64,000 nucleotides of DNA. Source: Methanobacteriota archaeon. Lineage in GTDB: Archaea; Thermoplasmatota; E2; DHVEG-1. A program made the translations under genes and the position numbers. Numbering within the stretch: position 1 is the first letter of the stretch; every line of letters starts with the position of its first letter. Below the pieces are notes generated by a model. That model was not told the DNA's origin and did not search any database. It worked only from the letters and a program-made list of their open reading frames with translations. The stretch lies in assembly GCA_963769885.1 (NCBI GenBank), contig CAVYNH010000006.1, forward strand, positions 544,001 to 608,000, written 5' to 3'. Shown here in pieces: positions 1 through 9,060 of this stretch.

Positions 1-109
1 GTTGAGGATGGCTTCTTCCTGGTTTGTGAGATACATACCTGGTTTCTCCTGATGGGCAGGGTTATAACCTGGGTGATTATTTTAGTTTTCCCACCCCAAA
101 GGATCTCGT

Positions 110-1276
110 ATGAAGCTGAAGCAGCGGCCACAGGACTTCATCGTCGAGGAGACCTCGAGTCTGACGTGGTCATCTCAGAAGGCGGCGCACGCGGTCTATG
201 CGATGGAGAAGACGGAGGTCGATACGTTCACGGCCGTCCGCGCGCTCGCCCGCCGTCTGCGTCTGCCCCCTGGGGAGGTCGGGTACGCGGGGCTGAAGGA
301 CAAGCACGCGATCGCACGGCAGTACATCTCGCTCCCAGTGCACTGCAACATCGAGACGATGCGCCTGCCGGGCATCGAGATCAAACGAGTCGGGTACCTT
401 CCCAACAAGATCCAGATCGGAGACCTCCAAGGCAATACGTTCACGATCGTCGTCAGAGACCTTTGTGATTCAGAACTGGACCATTTTATGGACCGAATCG
501 ACCACCTTCGCACCGACGGCGTCCCAAACTACTTCGACAGCCAGCGCTTCGGGAGTGTCATCAACCACGTCTTCATCGCCAAACTCCTCATCCAAGGCAA
601 GGACGAAGCGGCCGTGAGACAGTACCTAACCGCGTACCAGAAATCCGAGCCCAAGACCGTCAAAGACGAGAAGCGCAGACTCGCAGCCGAGTGGGCTCAC
701 CTCGCAGACATCCACGCCCGTGATCGGACAATCGCCCGCGTCATCGAGGAATACCGGACGACACAGAGCTGGCTCCAAGCCTACCAACACGTCCCCTCGC
801 AGCTTCGAGAGATCCACGCCAACGCCTACCAAAGCTACCTCTGGAACGAGATCCTCAAAGAACTCCTCCACACCATCGTCGACCGCAGACGGCTGTTCAC
901 GGTCGAGTACGCCGTCGGCTCACTCTTCTTCTACAAAGACCTGACAGCTGACGAACACCAGGCCATCCCCCCAGAGTTCTACACCCCTAGCGAGACCGCG
1001 CTGTATTCAGGCAAAGAGCTCACCGCAGTCAAAAAAATCCTCGCGCGAGAAGGCATCAGCCAACAGGACCTCGCCAGACTCCATGCTGCAGGCTACATCC
1101 TCAAAGCCCGACCACGCCCCACCATCCTCACACCCACAGACCTCTCCGCTACCGCGCCCCAGCCGGACGAACTCAACACCAAACCACGGGAACCACGCAG
1201 CAAAATCAAGCTCACCTTCACCCTCCCCAAGGGAGCCTACGCGACCATCGTCACCAAACAACTCTTCGGCCACTAA
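110..1276 (+). CDS. truD: tRNA pseudouridine(13) synthase TruD
   Basis: N-terminal KQRPQDFIVEE, catalytic motif GYAGLKDKHA, GNTFTI, PNYFDSQRFG and C-terminal FTLPKGAYAT. Confidence 0.95.
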   Translation: MKLKQRPQDFIVEETSSLTWSSQKAAHAVYAMEKTEVDTFTAVRALARRLRLPPGEVGYAGLKDKHAIARQYISLPVHCNIETMRLPGIEIKRVGYLPNKIQIGDLQGNTFTIVVRDLCDSELDHFMDRIDHLRTDGVPNYFDSQRFGSVINHVFIAKLLIQGKDEAAVRQYLTAYQKSEPKTVKDEKRRLAAEWAHLADIHARDRTIARVIEEYRTTQSWLQAYQHVPSQLREIHANAYQSYLWNEILKELLHTIVDRRRLFTVEYAVGSLFFYKDLTADEHQAIPPEFYTPSETALYSGKELTAVKKILAREGISQQDLARLHAAGYILKARPRPTILTPTDLSATAPQPDELNTKPREPRSKIKLTFTLPKGAYATIVTKQLFGH

Positions 1277-1590
1277 AGGTTGGGGATAAAGGCACGGCAA
1301 TTCCGCACCAACACCTCGATCTCTTCCTTCGTCGCCCCATCGATGTGGATACCGCCGACCGCGACGGCCGTCACATGATACCTCTCACACGCCGCCTTAG
1401 CGATGATCTCGAGAACCACGGTGTCGTAATGCCCCTGCCGCGAAAGCACTAGAGGCTTCTTCCCTGGCTCGCAAAGTACCACGCCGCCGACATGCGGCCG
1501 CTCACCGCCACCTAAAATATAGACGAGGTCCGAGCCCACCTGATGCTTCTCCAACCAGACCCGATACTTCCCGCTACCGGAGGTAATCAT
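1273..1590 (-). CDS. LpdD-like prenylated-flavin chaperone (small UbiD-associated protein)
   Basis: 105 aa with GGGERPHVGGVV, GHYD and GGIHIDGATKEEI motifs recalled for the LpdD family; overlaps the end of ubiD. Confidence 0.7.
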   Translation of the reverse strand: MITSGSGKYRVWLEKHQVGSDLVYILGGGERPHVGGVVLCEPGKKPLVLSRQGHYDTVVLEIIAKAACERYHVTAVAVGGIHIDGATKEEIEVLVRNCRAFIPNL

Positions 1591-2884
1591 CCAGCCTCAC
1601 AGGCTTGTACTTGACGACCTCGTACTTACTCTTGTCGACGCCCGCCGGGATCGTCGCATCGACGCCGACCTTGTCGGTCAGCGCCTTCTTGCCTTCCTCC
1701 TGCCTCGCAGTCGGGTCAAGAGAGCTTCCCGGCTGGTCGCACTTCACGACCAGATCCCTGCCGCCCTGGAACCGTGTCGCGATCGCCCACTCCACCGCCG
1801 TCGGGTTATAGATGTCCACGTCGCTGTCAATGATCACGACATGCTTCATGCTCTTATGGCCAAGGAACGCGGCCTCGATTGCCTTCTTCCCATCCTCCGG
1901 CGACTTCTTCTCAATCTGCACGATGCCATGCAGCCAGCTACCGCCACCCAACGTGATTAGCACGTTCTTGCAGGTCGCCACCTTGCTGACCTCATCGTAG
2001 ATCGTCGGCTCCTTCGGCATCCCCATCAGGTTCTTATGTTCAAGCCGCCCGGGGATGAGTGCTTGGTACATCGCGTCCTTGCGATGCGTGATGCAGTCGA
2101 CGGCGAACACGGGCTCCTTGCGCTCAAAGTCGCGGGTCTCGGTCAAATCCAGGAAAGGCCCTTCCTTGTCAGTCTGCTTCGTGAGACGACCTTCAATCAC
2201 AAACTCTGACTCTGAGGGGACCTCAAGGTCGTTGGTGACGCATTTCACCATCGTCATTGGATCCAGCGTATTCGCAATGGAAAACTCGTCCACACCAGAG
2301 GGCGGGCTGAGGCTCGCCGCGACCATCACGGGAACCGAGCTGCCGATACAGACAGCAAACGGCGTATCACCACTATTTTTATCATACGTCGTGCGCGTCT
2401 GCCTGCCCTTGATCAATCGCGCCGTGAAATGGTTCTTATCCCGCTTCATGAGCCGATGGTACGAGGCGTTGCGCCCGGTCTGCGGGTCTTTCACCGTCGC
2501 GACCGTCGCCGTGGCATAGTACCCCCCGTCACCAGGCAGATGGAACAACAATGGAAGCTCATCGAGGTTCGGAGTCTTCTCCACGACCTCCTGGCACGGA
2601 GCAGAGGTGACGATCTTTGGAACCGTTGGATGCCGCAGGGCGTTCACCAGCACCGGCAGGAGCTGCTCCTTCATCGTGCCGAACGCCTCCGCGATGATGT
2701 CCCGGTTCGACGTGATCCCGCCGAACACCGGGTACTTCGAGCCGGCGACATGGTCGAAGATCACCGGCTGCTCGCCGAGGGTGTTCATGATGTTGGCGAT
2801 CTCGTACTGTGTCGAAACCTCCTTTTTGATTTTGACGAGTTTCTTCTCTTGTTCCAGCTGTTTGAGAAACGGACGGAGTTGCAT
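1574..2884 (-). CDS. UbiD-family prFMN-dependent decarboxylase, probably anhydromevalonate-phosphate decarboxylase
   Basis: Likely start MQLRPFL at 2884; the ORF-track extension overlaps mvk. Motifs RNASYHRL, EGPFLD, VEWAIATRFQ, SSLDP, KVGVDAT. Lies directly downstream of mevalonate kinase. Confidence 0.85.
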   Translation of the reverse strand: MQLRPFLKQLEQEKKLVKIKKEVSTQYEIANIMNTLGEQPVIFDHVAGSKYPVFGGITSNRDIIAEAFGTMKEQLLPVLVNALRHPTVPKIVTSAPCQEVVEKTPNLDELPLLFHLPGDGGYYATATVATVKDPQTGRNASYHRLMKRDKNHFTARLIKGRQTRTTYDKNSGDTPFAVCIGSSVPVMVAASLSPPSGVDEFSIANTLDPMTMVKCVTNDLEVPSESEFVIEGRLTKQTDKEGPFLDLTETRDFERKEPVFAVDCITHRKDAMYQALIPGRLEHKNLMGMPKEPTIYDEVSKVATCKNVLITLGGGSWLHGIVQIEKKSPEDGKKAIEAAFLGHKSMKHVVIIDSDVDIYNPTAVEWAIATRFQGGRDLVVKCDQPGSSLDPTARQEEGKKALTDKVGVDATIPAGVDKSKYEVVKYKPVRLDDYLR

Positions 2885-2886
2885 AG

Positions 2887-3837
2887 TCACTCGACCTCGG
2901 TACGGGACATCCCGATAATCGTCTTGATGGTCTGGAAGCCTTCCTTCTCGATAGCGTTGGCAACGCGGTCCTGGACGGCTTTGCCGGGGGTGAGAGCGAT
3001 GATGTTGCCACCGAGCCCGCCGCCGGTGAGCTTGGCGCCGAGCGCCCCGCATTTCACCGCGACCTGGACGAGGAAGTCGAGCTCCCGGCTGCTGACCTCG
3101 ATCTGCTGCAGGAGCCGATGGTTCTCGTTCATCAGCTTACCGACGGCCTTATAATCGCCTTCCTCCAACGCCCGTTTGGCGAGGTAGGTGATGTTCTCAG
3201 CACGATCGAAGATTTCCTCGTACTTCTTGGGGTTCTTCTCCTTGCGTTCCTTGACGCCGGCGACCGCCGCCTGGGTGTTGGCCACCTTGCCGGTGTTCCC
3301 GATGACGATCTCCACGGGGGTGGAGACCGAGATTTTTTCGATGACGTTGTGGTCCGCTTTCTGGAACCAGATGAGGCCGCCGTAGGTCGAGGCGGTGTTG
3401 TCGACGCCGGAGGGCGTCCCATGGTAGCCTTTTTCGCCTTCGAAGGCGACGGCGTTGATCTCCTCATCGGAGAGATTGAGGGTGTAGTAGTCGGAGAGGG
3501 CGCGGGCGGCGGCGACGCAGGAGGCGGCGCTGGCGCCGATGCCGCTGGAGGCGACGAGGTTGCCGTCCAGGATGATCCGGATGCCCTTCGTTGAGAGGTC
3601 GATGTTCATTTTCTGCAGGATCCGGTTGAGGGAGTCGATCTGCTGGTCTTTCTTGTCTTCCTTGTAGTGGGGCGTTGCGGGCCGTAGGTCCTGCAGCTCA
3701 TACTGGGGCTTGTTTAGCGGTTCTATACGGGCTCTGGTGTACTGGCCAATGGCCGAGACGATGGAGGGGATGCCATAGACCACGAAATGTTCGTTGAAGA
3801 GGATTGCTTTTCCGAAACCGATGCCTTGTCCTTTCAT
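2887..3837 (-). CDS. mvk: mevalonate kinase (GHMP family)
   Basis: GKAILFNEHFVVYG, ATP loop SSGIGASAA, HGTPSGVD, GAKLTGGGLGG. Confidence 0.9.
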   Translation of the reverse strand: MKGQGIGFGKAILFNEHFVVYGIPSIVSAIGQYTRARIEPLNKPQYELQDLRPATPHYKEDKKDQQIDSLNRILQKMNIDLSTKGIRIILDGNLVASSGIGASAASCVAAARALSDYYTLNLSDEEINAVAFEGEKGYHGTPSGVDNTASTYGGLIWFQKADHNVIEKISVSTPVEIVIGNTGKVANTQAAVAGVKERKEKNPKKYEEIFDRAENITYLAKRALEEGDYKAVGKLMNENHRLLQQIEVSSRELDFLVQVAVKCGALGAKLTGGGLGGNIIALTPGKAVQDRVANAIEKEGFQTIKTIIGMSRTEVE

Positions 3838-3907
3838 TCGTATCACTCAGGAATTATCCTGGTTTTCTGCTGAATACTGATGAGAGTTTATTATGTTTAT
3901 GGGCAAA

Positions 3908-4444
3908 CTATGCCTGGTTTTCTCCGAGAGGTGTGCCGCAGGCATGCCGCAGGGAGCAGTGTTGGCAGCGGCGGGGGTCGTCGTGATTCAGGATTACCCG
4001 GCCGGTGGTCAGTGTCTGCCGCATCCGCCGCATGGTCTCCTCCAAGGAATACCGCAGCTGGGGGTCGAAGGGGATCTTGGTCGGCTGGTCGCCCAGGACG
4101 AGGATGCCGTAGGGGACGAACTCCCCGGTGGTGTCCTCGAGGAGTTGGCAATAGGCGGCCAGCTGCAGGACGTGGCTGGGCTGCGGATGGGTATGGTGTC
4201 CGGTCTTGACCTCGATGGGAACGAGATGGTCATCCTGGCGCAGGATGTAGTCAGGTTTGCCCGTCAACTGGAGACGTCGTGAGAACAGAGGAGCGGCGGG
4301 GATGGAGAGATCCTGATACACTAAGGTGCCGTCAGGGATTCCGTGTTGTGTCTTCTGGGCCTGGGTTCGGCGACGCATGGTCAGGGCGGAGACGATGAGG
4401 AGGCTGGCGATGAGCAGGAGGATGAGGGGCAGCAGGATGCTCAC
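3908..4444 (-). CDS. Cas4-like PD-(D/E)XK nuclease, C-terminal part, with N-terminal transmembrane helix
   Basis: Hydrophobic residues 2-21, then GKPDY, IEVKT, QLAAY and C-terminal CxxCxxxxxC (CQHCSLRHAC). Lacks the N-terminal Cys motif. Confidence 0.85.
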   Translation of the reverse strand: MSILLPLILLLIASLLIVSALTMRRRTQAQKTQHGIPDGTLVYQDLSIPAAPLFSRRLQLTGKPDYILRQDDHLVPIEVKTGHHTHPQPSHVLQLAAYCQLLEDTTGEFVPYGILVLGDQPTKIPFDPQLRYSLEETMRRMRQTLTTGRVILNHDDPRRCQHCSLRHACGTPLGENQA

Positions 4445-4710
4445 AGGACCACCCCGAGGAAGAGAGCCAGGAGAGAGAGGAGGAGCAGGAGGAGGCCGAG
4501 GGCAAGGGCGCGGGAGGCATGGCGCTGGCGGCGCTGGATGCTCTCCAGGCTGTAGCCGAGGTCTGTGTGGCGGTCAGTGCCCGTGTTGAGTCCGGGTGAT
4601 TCTGGCTGGTGGCCTTGGCGGCGGAGGTACCAGGCGTTGGAGCAGTAGGTGTATTGGCCGATCTCGGAGGCGCTGAGGACGCGTGAAGCCTGGGGCGGGC
4701 GGGTTCCCAT
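4441..4710 (-). CDS. Cas4-like N-terminal module with C-terminal transmembrane helix (89 aa)
   Basis: ATG at 4710. LSASEIGQYTYCSNAWYL...G...H matches the Cas4 N-terminus carrying the first Fe-S Cys. Ends in LALGLLLLLLSLLALFLGVVL. GTGA stop/start overlap with the next gene. Confidence 0.75.
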   Translation of the reverse strand: MGTRPPQASRVLSASEIGQYTYCSNAWYLRRQGHQPESPGLNTGTDRHTDLGYSLESIQRRQRHASRALALGLLLLLLSLLALFLGVVL

Positions 4711-4963
4711 CAAGAGGAGGAGAGGGGGGTGGTCGTATATAAGGGCGGTGTGGGGGTCGGCGAAAGTACCCAGAGGCTTTGTCTCAAAAGTATTCAGTCG
4801 TCCCCCGAGATCGTTTTTCTCGTCTTGAAGTGGCTTCAGGAGGAACCTTTGAGTTTTGAGACAACGCCGTACCCAGAATCCGGTGGGGGGGGGTTTGGTG
4901 TTTCCCAAACGATTTCCGACACTATATAAGGTTTCATGGATATAGCGGTGAATGTGATTCCCC

Positions 4964-6946
4964 ATGTCTGAAAAAAAAGTGAAAGTCCAGGCCATCCTCT
5001 TGGTCGGCGTGCTCGTCTGCGCGAGCATCGCGATCCTAGGGGTGTTCAGCTCCCTGCCGACGGCGGGGAAATATACCTACGCCTTGAACCATTTCCAGTC
5101 CTACGACGAGCTGCTCGAGTTCCTCAAGCAGCGGGCGAGTAGCTACGGATCGACTTATCTGGCGAACGCGCTGAAGGATTCGACGGCCGGCCGCGGGTCG
5201 AGCGAGCTCGGGCCCGTAAGTCCGCAGGCGCCGGTGCCGCATTCCTCGACGAACGTCCAAGTCGCCGGCGTGGACGAGCCGGATACGGTCAAGACCGACG
5301 GCACTTACATTTACACGATATCTAACAACACCCTCTTCATCGCCCTCGCCTACCCGGCCTCTGAGATGCATATCGTCGCGAAGATCTCGTTTGACATGAA
5401 CAACTCCGTGCAGTCGTTCTTCATCAACGGCGACCGGCTCGTCGCCTTCTGCTCCGGCTACGCGTACCCGATTCTCTACTATGGCGGTGGCGTCCGCGTC
5501 ATGGAAGACCTCATCTACCCTGGCTGGTACAGCACCCAGATGCAGATCCGCGTCTACGACATCAGCGACCGCAGCAGCCCCAGCCTCGTCAAATCCCTCA
5601 AGATGGACGGCTACTTCCTCGACGCCCGCATGATCGGCTCCTACGTCTACGTCGTCAGCAGCACCCCCACCTATAGCATCTACACCACCGTTGACGGCAA
5701 CGAGACCCTCCGCGTCCCCACCATCACCATCGATAACGAGACGAAGAACATCAGCGCCGACAACATCTACTACGTCGACGTCCCGGAGCTCGCGGACAGC
5801 ATGACCAACGTCCTCAGCCTCAACATCGACACCAACGACGTCAACGAGAAAAGCTTCATGCTCGGCAGCTCACAAACCATGTACGTCTCCCAGGACAACA
5901 TCTACCTCGCCACCAACCACTACCCCACCGGCATCCTCGCCGAAGAGACCAACGGCACCCCCGCCACCGAGACCACGATTATCCACAAGATCGCCATCAG
6001 CCAGGACAGCATCGACTACGTCGCCCAAGGCGAAGTCCCCGGCCACATCCTCAACCAGTTCGCCATGGACGAACACGACGGCTACTTCCGCATCGCCACC
6101 ACCACCGACTACTACAACGGCGAAGAGTACCAGACCACCAACAACGTCTACGTCCTCACCAGCGACCTCAAGCGCGCCGGCACCCTGGAGAACCTCGCAC
6201 CCGGCGAAAGCATCTACGCTGTCCGATTCCTCGGCGACCGCGCCTACCTCGTCACCTTCGTCCAAGTCGACCCGCTCTTCGTCCTCGACCTCTCCGACCC
6301 CACCAACCCCACAGTCCTCGGCGAACTCAAGATCCCCGGCTACTCCACCTACCTGCACCCCTACGACGCCACCCACATCATCGGCATCGGCCGCGAAGTC
6401 GACCGCAGCATCGACGCCGACAAGGTCCACACCCCCGGCGCCGTCTACTACACCGCCATCCAAGGCCTTAAGTTCGCCTTGTTCGACGTCACCGACGTCG
6501 CCAACCCCGTCGAACTCTACACCATCGCCCTCGGCGACCGCGGCACCGACAGCCCCGCCCTCTACGACCACCACGCCTTCCTCTTCGACCACGACACAGG
6601 CCTCCTCGTCATCCCCGTCAGCCTCTGGGAGATTCCCCAGACGACCCTCGACACCCTCAACGACAGCAACGCCACTGAGATCGCCTGGGACTGGGGCCAG
6701 TACACCTTCCAGGGCGCCTACGTCTACCGCCTCACCATCGACGACGGCTTCCAGCTCCAAGGGCGCATCACCCACCGCGACACCAACGATCCAGTAGACT
6801 CATGGTCCTACGGCGTCAGCACCGACATCACCCGCAGCCTCTACATCGGCGACACCCTCTACACCATCTCCACCAGCAAAATCAAGGCCAACAGCCTCGC
6901 CGCAGGCGACAACCTGCAGGAGCTCGCAAGCATCACGCTCGCCTAA
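4964..6946 (+). CDS. membrane-anchored/secreted beta-propeller domain protein (COG4880-like)
   Basis: N-terminal hydrophobic segment; STNVQVAGVDEPDTVKTDG, LNQFAMDE, GESIYAVRF, VTFVQVDPLFVLDL, GELKIPGYSTYLHP. Confidence 0.85.
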   Translation: MSEKKVKVQAILLVGVLVCASIAILGVFSSLPTAGKYTYALNHFQSYDELLEFLKQRASSYGSTYLANALKDSTAGRGSSELGPVSPQAPVPHSSTNVQVAGVDEPDTVKTDGTYIYTISNNTLFIALAYPASEMHIVAKISFDMNNSVQSFFINGDRLVAFCSGYAYPILYYGGGVRVMEDLIYPGWYSTQMQIRVYDISDRSSPSLVKSLKMDGYFLDARMIGSYVYVVSSTPTYSIYTTVDGNETLRVPTITIDNETKNISADNIYYVDVPELADSMTNVLSLNIDTNDVNEKSFMLGSSQTMYVSQDNIYLATNHYPTGILAEETNGTPATETTIIHKIAISQDSIDYVAQGEVPGHILNQFAMDEHDGYFRIATTTDYYNGEEYQTTNNVYVLTSDLKRAGTLENLAPGESIYAVRFLGDRAYLVTFVQVDPLFVLDLSDPTNPTVLGELKIPGYSTYLHPYDATHIIGIGREVDRSIDADKVHTPGAVYYTAIQGLKFALFDVTDVANPVELYTIALGDRGTDSPALYDHHAFLFDHDTGLLVIPVSLWEIPQTTLDTLNDSNATEIAWDWGQYTFQGAYVYRLTIDDGFQLQGRITHRDTNDPVDSWSYGVSTDITRSLYIGDTLYTISTSKIKANSLAAGDNLQELASITLA

Positions 6947-7138
6947 ATAACAGGCGGATTCTTCCCCGCATAGAAACCCCGTGAGAGAGGGCCTCCAATC
7001 CTCGTTCTTCCTCCTTTCCTCGTCCCCCTCTCTCACCCCTCCTTTTTTCTCCCTAAAATACCGATACCGTTTTATAAGGCAAAAGGATAACCATCCAGCG
7101 GGTCCCTAACCACGGCCCATTCTCGGAGGTAAATATCC

Positions 7139-8446
7139 ATGCCGATTCGACCCACAGAAGTCCACCAGGTGCTCTCAAAATACATGCTCGCGGACGGCTT
7201 CGACCTCGTCCTCGACCTCCAAAAAAGCCACGGCTGCCAACTCTACGACTCCAAACACGGGAAAACCTACCTGGACTGCTTCTCTTTCTTCGGCACCGCG
7301 CCCCTCGGCTGCAACCACCCCCGCATGACCGACCCCGACTTCATCAAAAAGATCGGGGGCATCGCGATCAACAACCCCTCCAACTCCGACGTCTACACCA
7401 TCGAGATGGCCGAGTTCGTCCACGCCTTCTCCACCATCGCCATGCCCAAGCACTTCCAGCATCTCTTCTTCATCAGCGGCGGCGCCCTCGCCGTCGAAAA
7501 CGGCCTCAAAGTCGCCTTCGACTGGAAAGTCCGCAAGAATATCGCCGCCGGCAAAGGCGAAAAAGGCTCCCAGATTATCCACTTCAAGGACGCCTTCCAT
7601 GGACGCACCGGGTACACCGTCTCCATGACTAACACCTTCAACATCAACAAGACCAAGTACTTCGCCAAATTCGCCTGGCCCCGTATCGACAACCCTAAGA
7701 TCGTGTTCCCTCTCAACGCCAAGAACCTCGACGATGTCAAGCGGCGGGAAGCCGCCGCCCTCACCCAGATCCAAGACGCCATTGACAAAAATCCCGACGA
7801 CATCGCCGGACTCATCATCGAACCAATCCAGTCGGAAGGCGGAGACAACCATTTCCGATCTGAATTCTTCCATGCCCTCCGCCGGGTCTGCGACGAGAAC
7901 GACATCATGTTCATCCTCGACGAGGTCCAGACCGGAGTCGGCATCACCGGCAAGATGTGGGCGTACCAGCACTTCGGCTTCGAACCCGACATCATCGCCT
8001 TCGGCAAGAAGACCCAGGTCTGCGGCATCATGGTTAGCGACCGCGTCAACGAAGCCAAGGACAATGTCTTCCAGGTCCCCAGCCGGATCAACTCCACCTG
8101 GGGCGGTAGCCTCGTCGACATGGTACGATCCCAAAAATACTTCGAGATTATCAAAGAAGAGCGGCTCGTCGAGAAGGCCGCGACAAACGGCGTCTACCTG
8201 CTCAAAGAACTGCAGGAAATCCAGGGGAACCACCCCAAGATGGTTTCCAACGTCCGCGGCCGTGGCCTTCTGTGCGCCTTCGACCTGCCGACGACGGAGC
8301 AGCGCGACGCCCTGAAGCAGAAACTGTATGAGAACGGCCTCGTCATCCTAGGCTGCGGTAGCAAATCCATCCGCTTCCGGCCGCCCCTTACGATAACGAA
8401 AGAAGAATTAGGCAGCTCGCTGGCGATGATCGACCACGCGCTGTAG
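7139..8446 (+). CDS. lat: L-lysine 6-transaminase (class III PLP aminotransferase)
   Basis: MLADGFDLVLDL, SGGALAVENGLKVAFDWK, FHGRTGY, EPIQSEGGDNH, DEVQTG, FGKKTQVCG, RINSTWGG. Confidence 0.88.
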   Translation: MPIRPTEVHQVLSKYMLADGFDLVLDLQKSHGCQLYDSKHGKTYLDCFSFFGTAPLGCNHPRMTDPDFIKKIGGIAINNPSNSDVYTIEMAEFVHAFSTIAMPKHFQHLFFISGGALAVENGLKVAFDWKVRKNIAAGKGEKGSQIIHFKDAFHGRTGYTVSMTNTFNINKTKYFAKFAWPRIDNPKIVFPLNAKNLDDVKRREAAALTQIQDAIDKNPDDIAGLIIEPIQSEGGDNHFRSEFFHALRRVCDENDIMFILDEVQTGVGITGKMWAYQHFGFEPDIIAFGKKTQVCGIMVSDRVNEAKDNVFQVPSRINSTWGGSLVDMVRSQKYFEIIKEERLVEKAATNGVYLLKELQEIQGNHPKMVSNVRGRGLLCAFDLPTTEQRDALKQKLYENGLVILGCGSKSIRFRPPLTITKEELGSSLAMIDHAL

Positions 8447-8484
8447 GCTACATTCGCTCGTGTATCTCGGTAGGGGTGCTGCGC

Positions 8485-8949
8485 TTATCGGATTTTTATG
8501 TTACAACCGATAATTGTCGCGTTCACTGTTTTCGTGATATCGGGAAGGTTCAAGGCTCGGGCGACAACCGTGATGGTGATTTTCCCTAGTCCATGGACTT
8601 TAGTGATATAGAAACTGGCTGTGCCGTTACCGGCCAGGGTGATGAGACCCCAGGCCTGGCTTTTATTTACCATGCCGAGGAGTCCTCCAGTCACGATCAT
8701 CTTAATGAATAGGTCGTTCGCGGCTATGGTTCCGTTATTGTGCAAGATGGCGCTGATAGTACCGCGCCTGTTGCCGGTGATGTTCTGGATGATGACGACA
8801 GCATCATCAGTCGTAGCTTGTGGAGTTTTCGCATGTCCAGTCGAGGTTATGGTTGGCGTTTGAGCTTGTGCTGCGGTCGTGACGATAGCCAGCAAGAAAA
8901 TCGCGAGGAGAACACCAGCCTTTCTTTTCCCATTCTTTTTGAATTCCAT
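8485..8949 (-). CDS. secreted protein made of a signal peptide plus the shared ~100-aa C-terminal domain
   Basis: Basic/hydrophobic N-terminus ending AAQA; NNGTIAA, TGGLLG and GLGKITIT motifs shared with four other proteins in the window. Confidence 0.7.
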   Translation of the reverse strand: MEFKKNGKRKAGVLLAIFLLAIVTTAAQAQTPTITSTGHAKTPQATTDDAVVIIQNITGNRRGTISAILHNNGTIAANDLFIKMIVTGGLLGMVNKSQAWGLITLAGNGTASFYITKVHGLGKITITVVARALNLPDITKTVNATIIGCNIKIR

Positions 8950-9060
8950 ATGCTTCCCCCTAAGAAATAGTGCATAGCCTTAGTGTATTTAATAATAATC
9001 TAATAAAATTTAAATACCTTAATTTTTTCCCGCTCAAAATAGAAAAGAGGTCGTGTTAGG

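Noticed and set aside
2885-3052. N-terminal extension of the UbiD ORF
   Set aside because: Overlaps mvk out of frame with Arg-rich nonsense; UbiD homology begins at 2884.
3908-4960. CRISPR-Cas locus around the Cas4-like genes
   Set aside because: No repeat-spacer array and no cas1/cas2 or effector genes in the window.
4711-5028. N-terminal 106 aa of the 195-aa ORF 4441-5028
   Set aside because: Runs through the divergent promoter region and into the opposite gene; Cas4-like similarity begins after ATG 4710.
5870-6775. Long antisense ORFs (also 7175-8233, 9304-10344, 12914-13861, 16042-17040, 57724-58641)
   Set aside because: Shadows of strongly biased codon usage on the coding strand; V/D/G/E-rich and without motifs.
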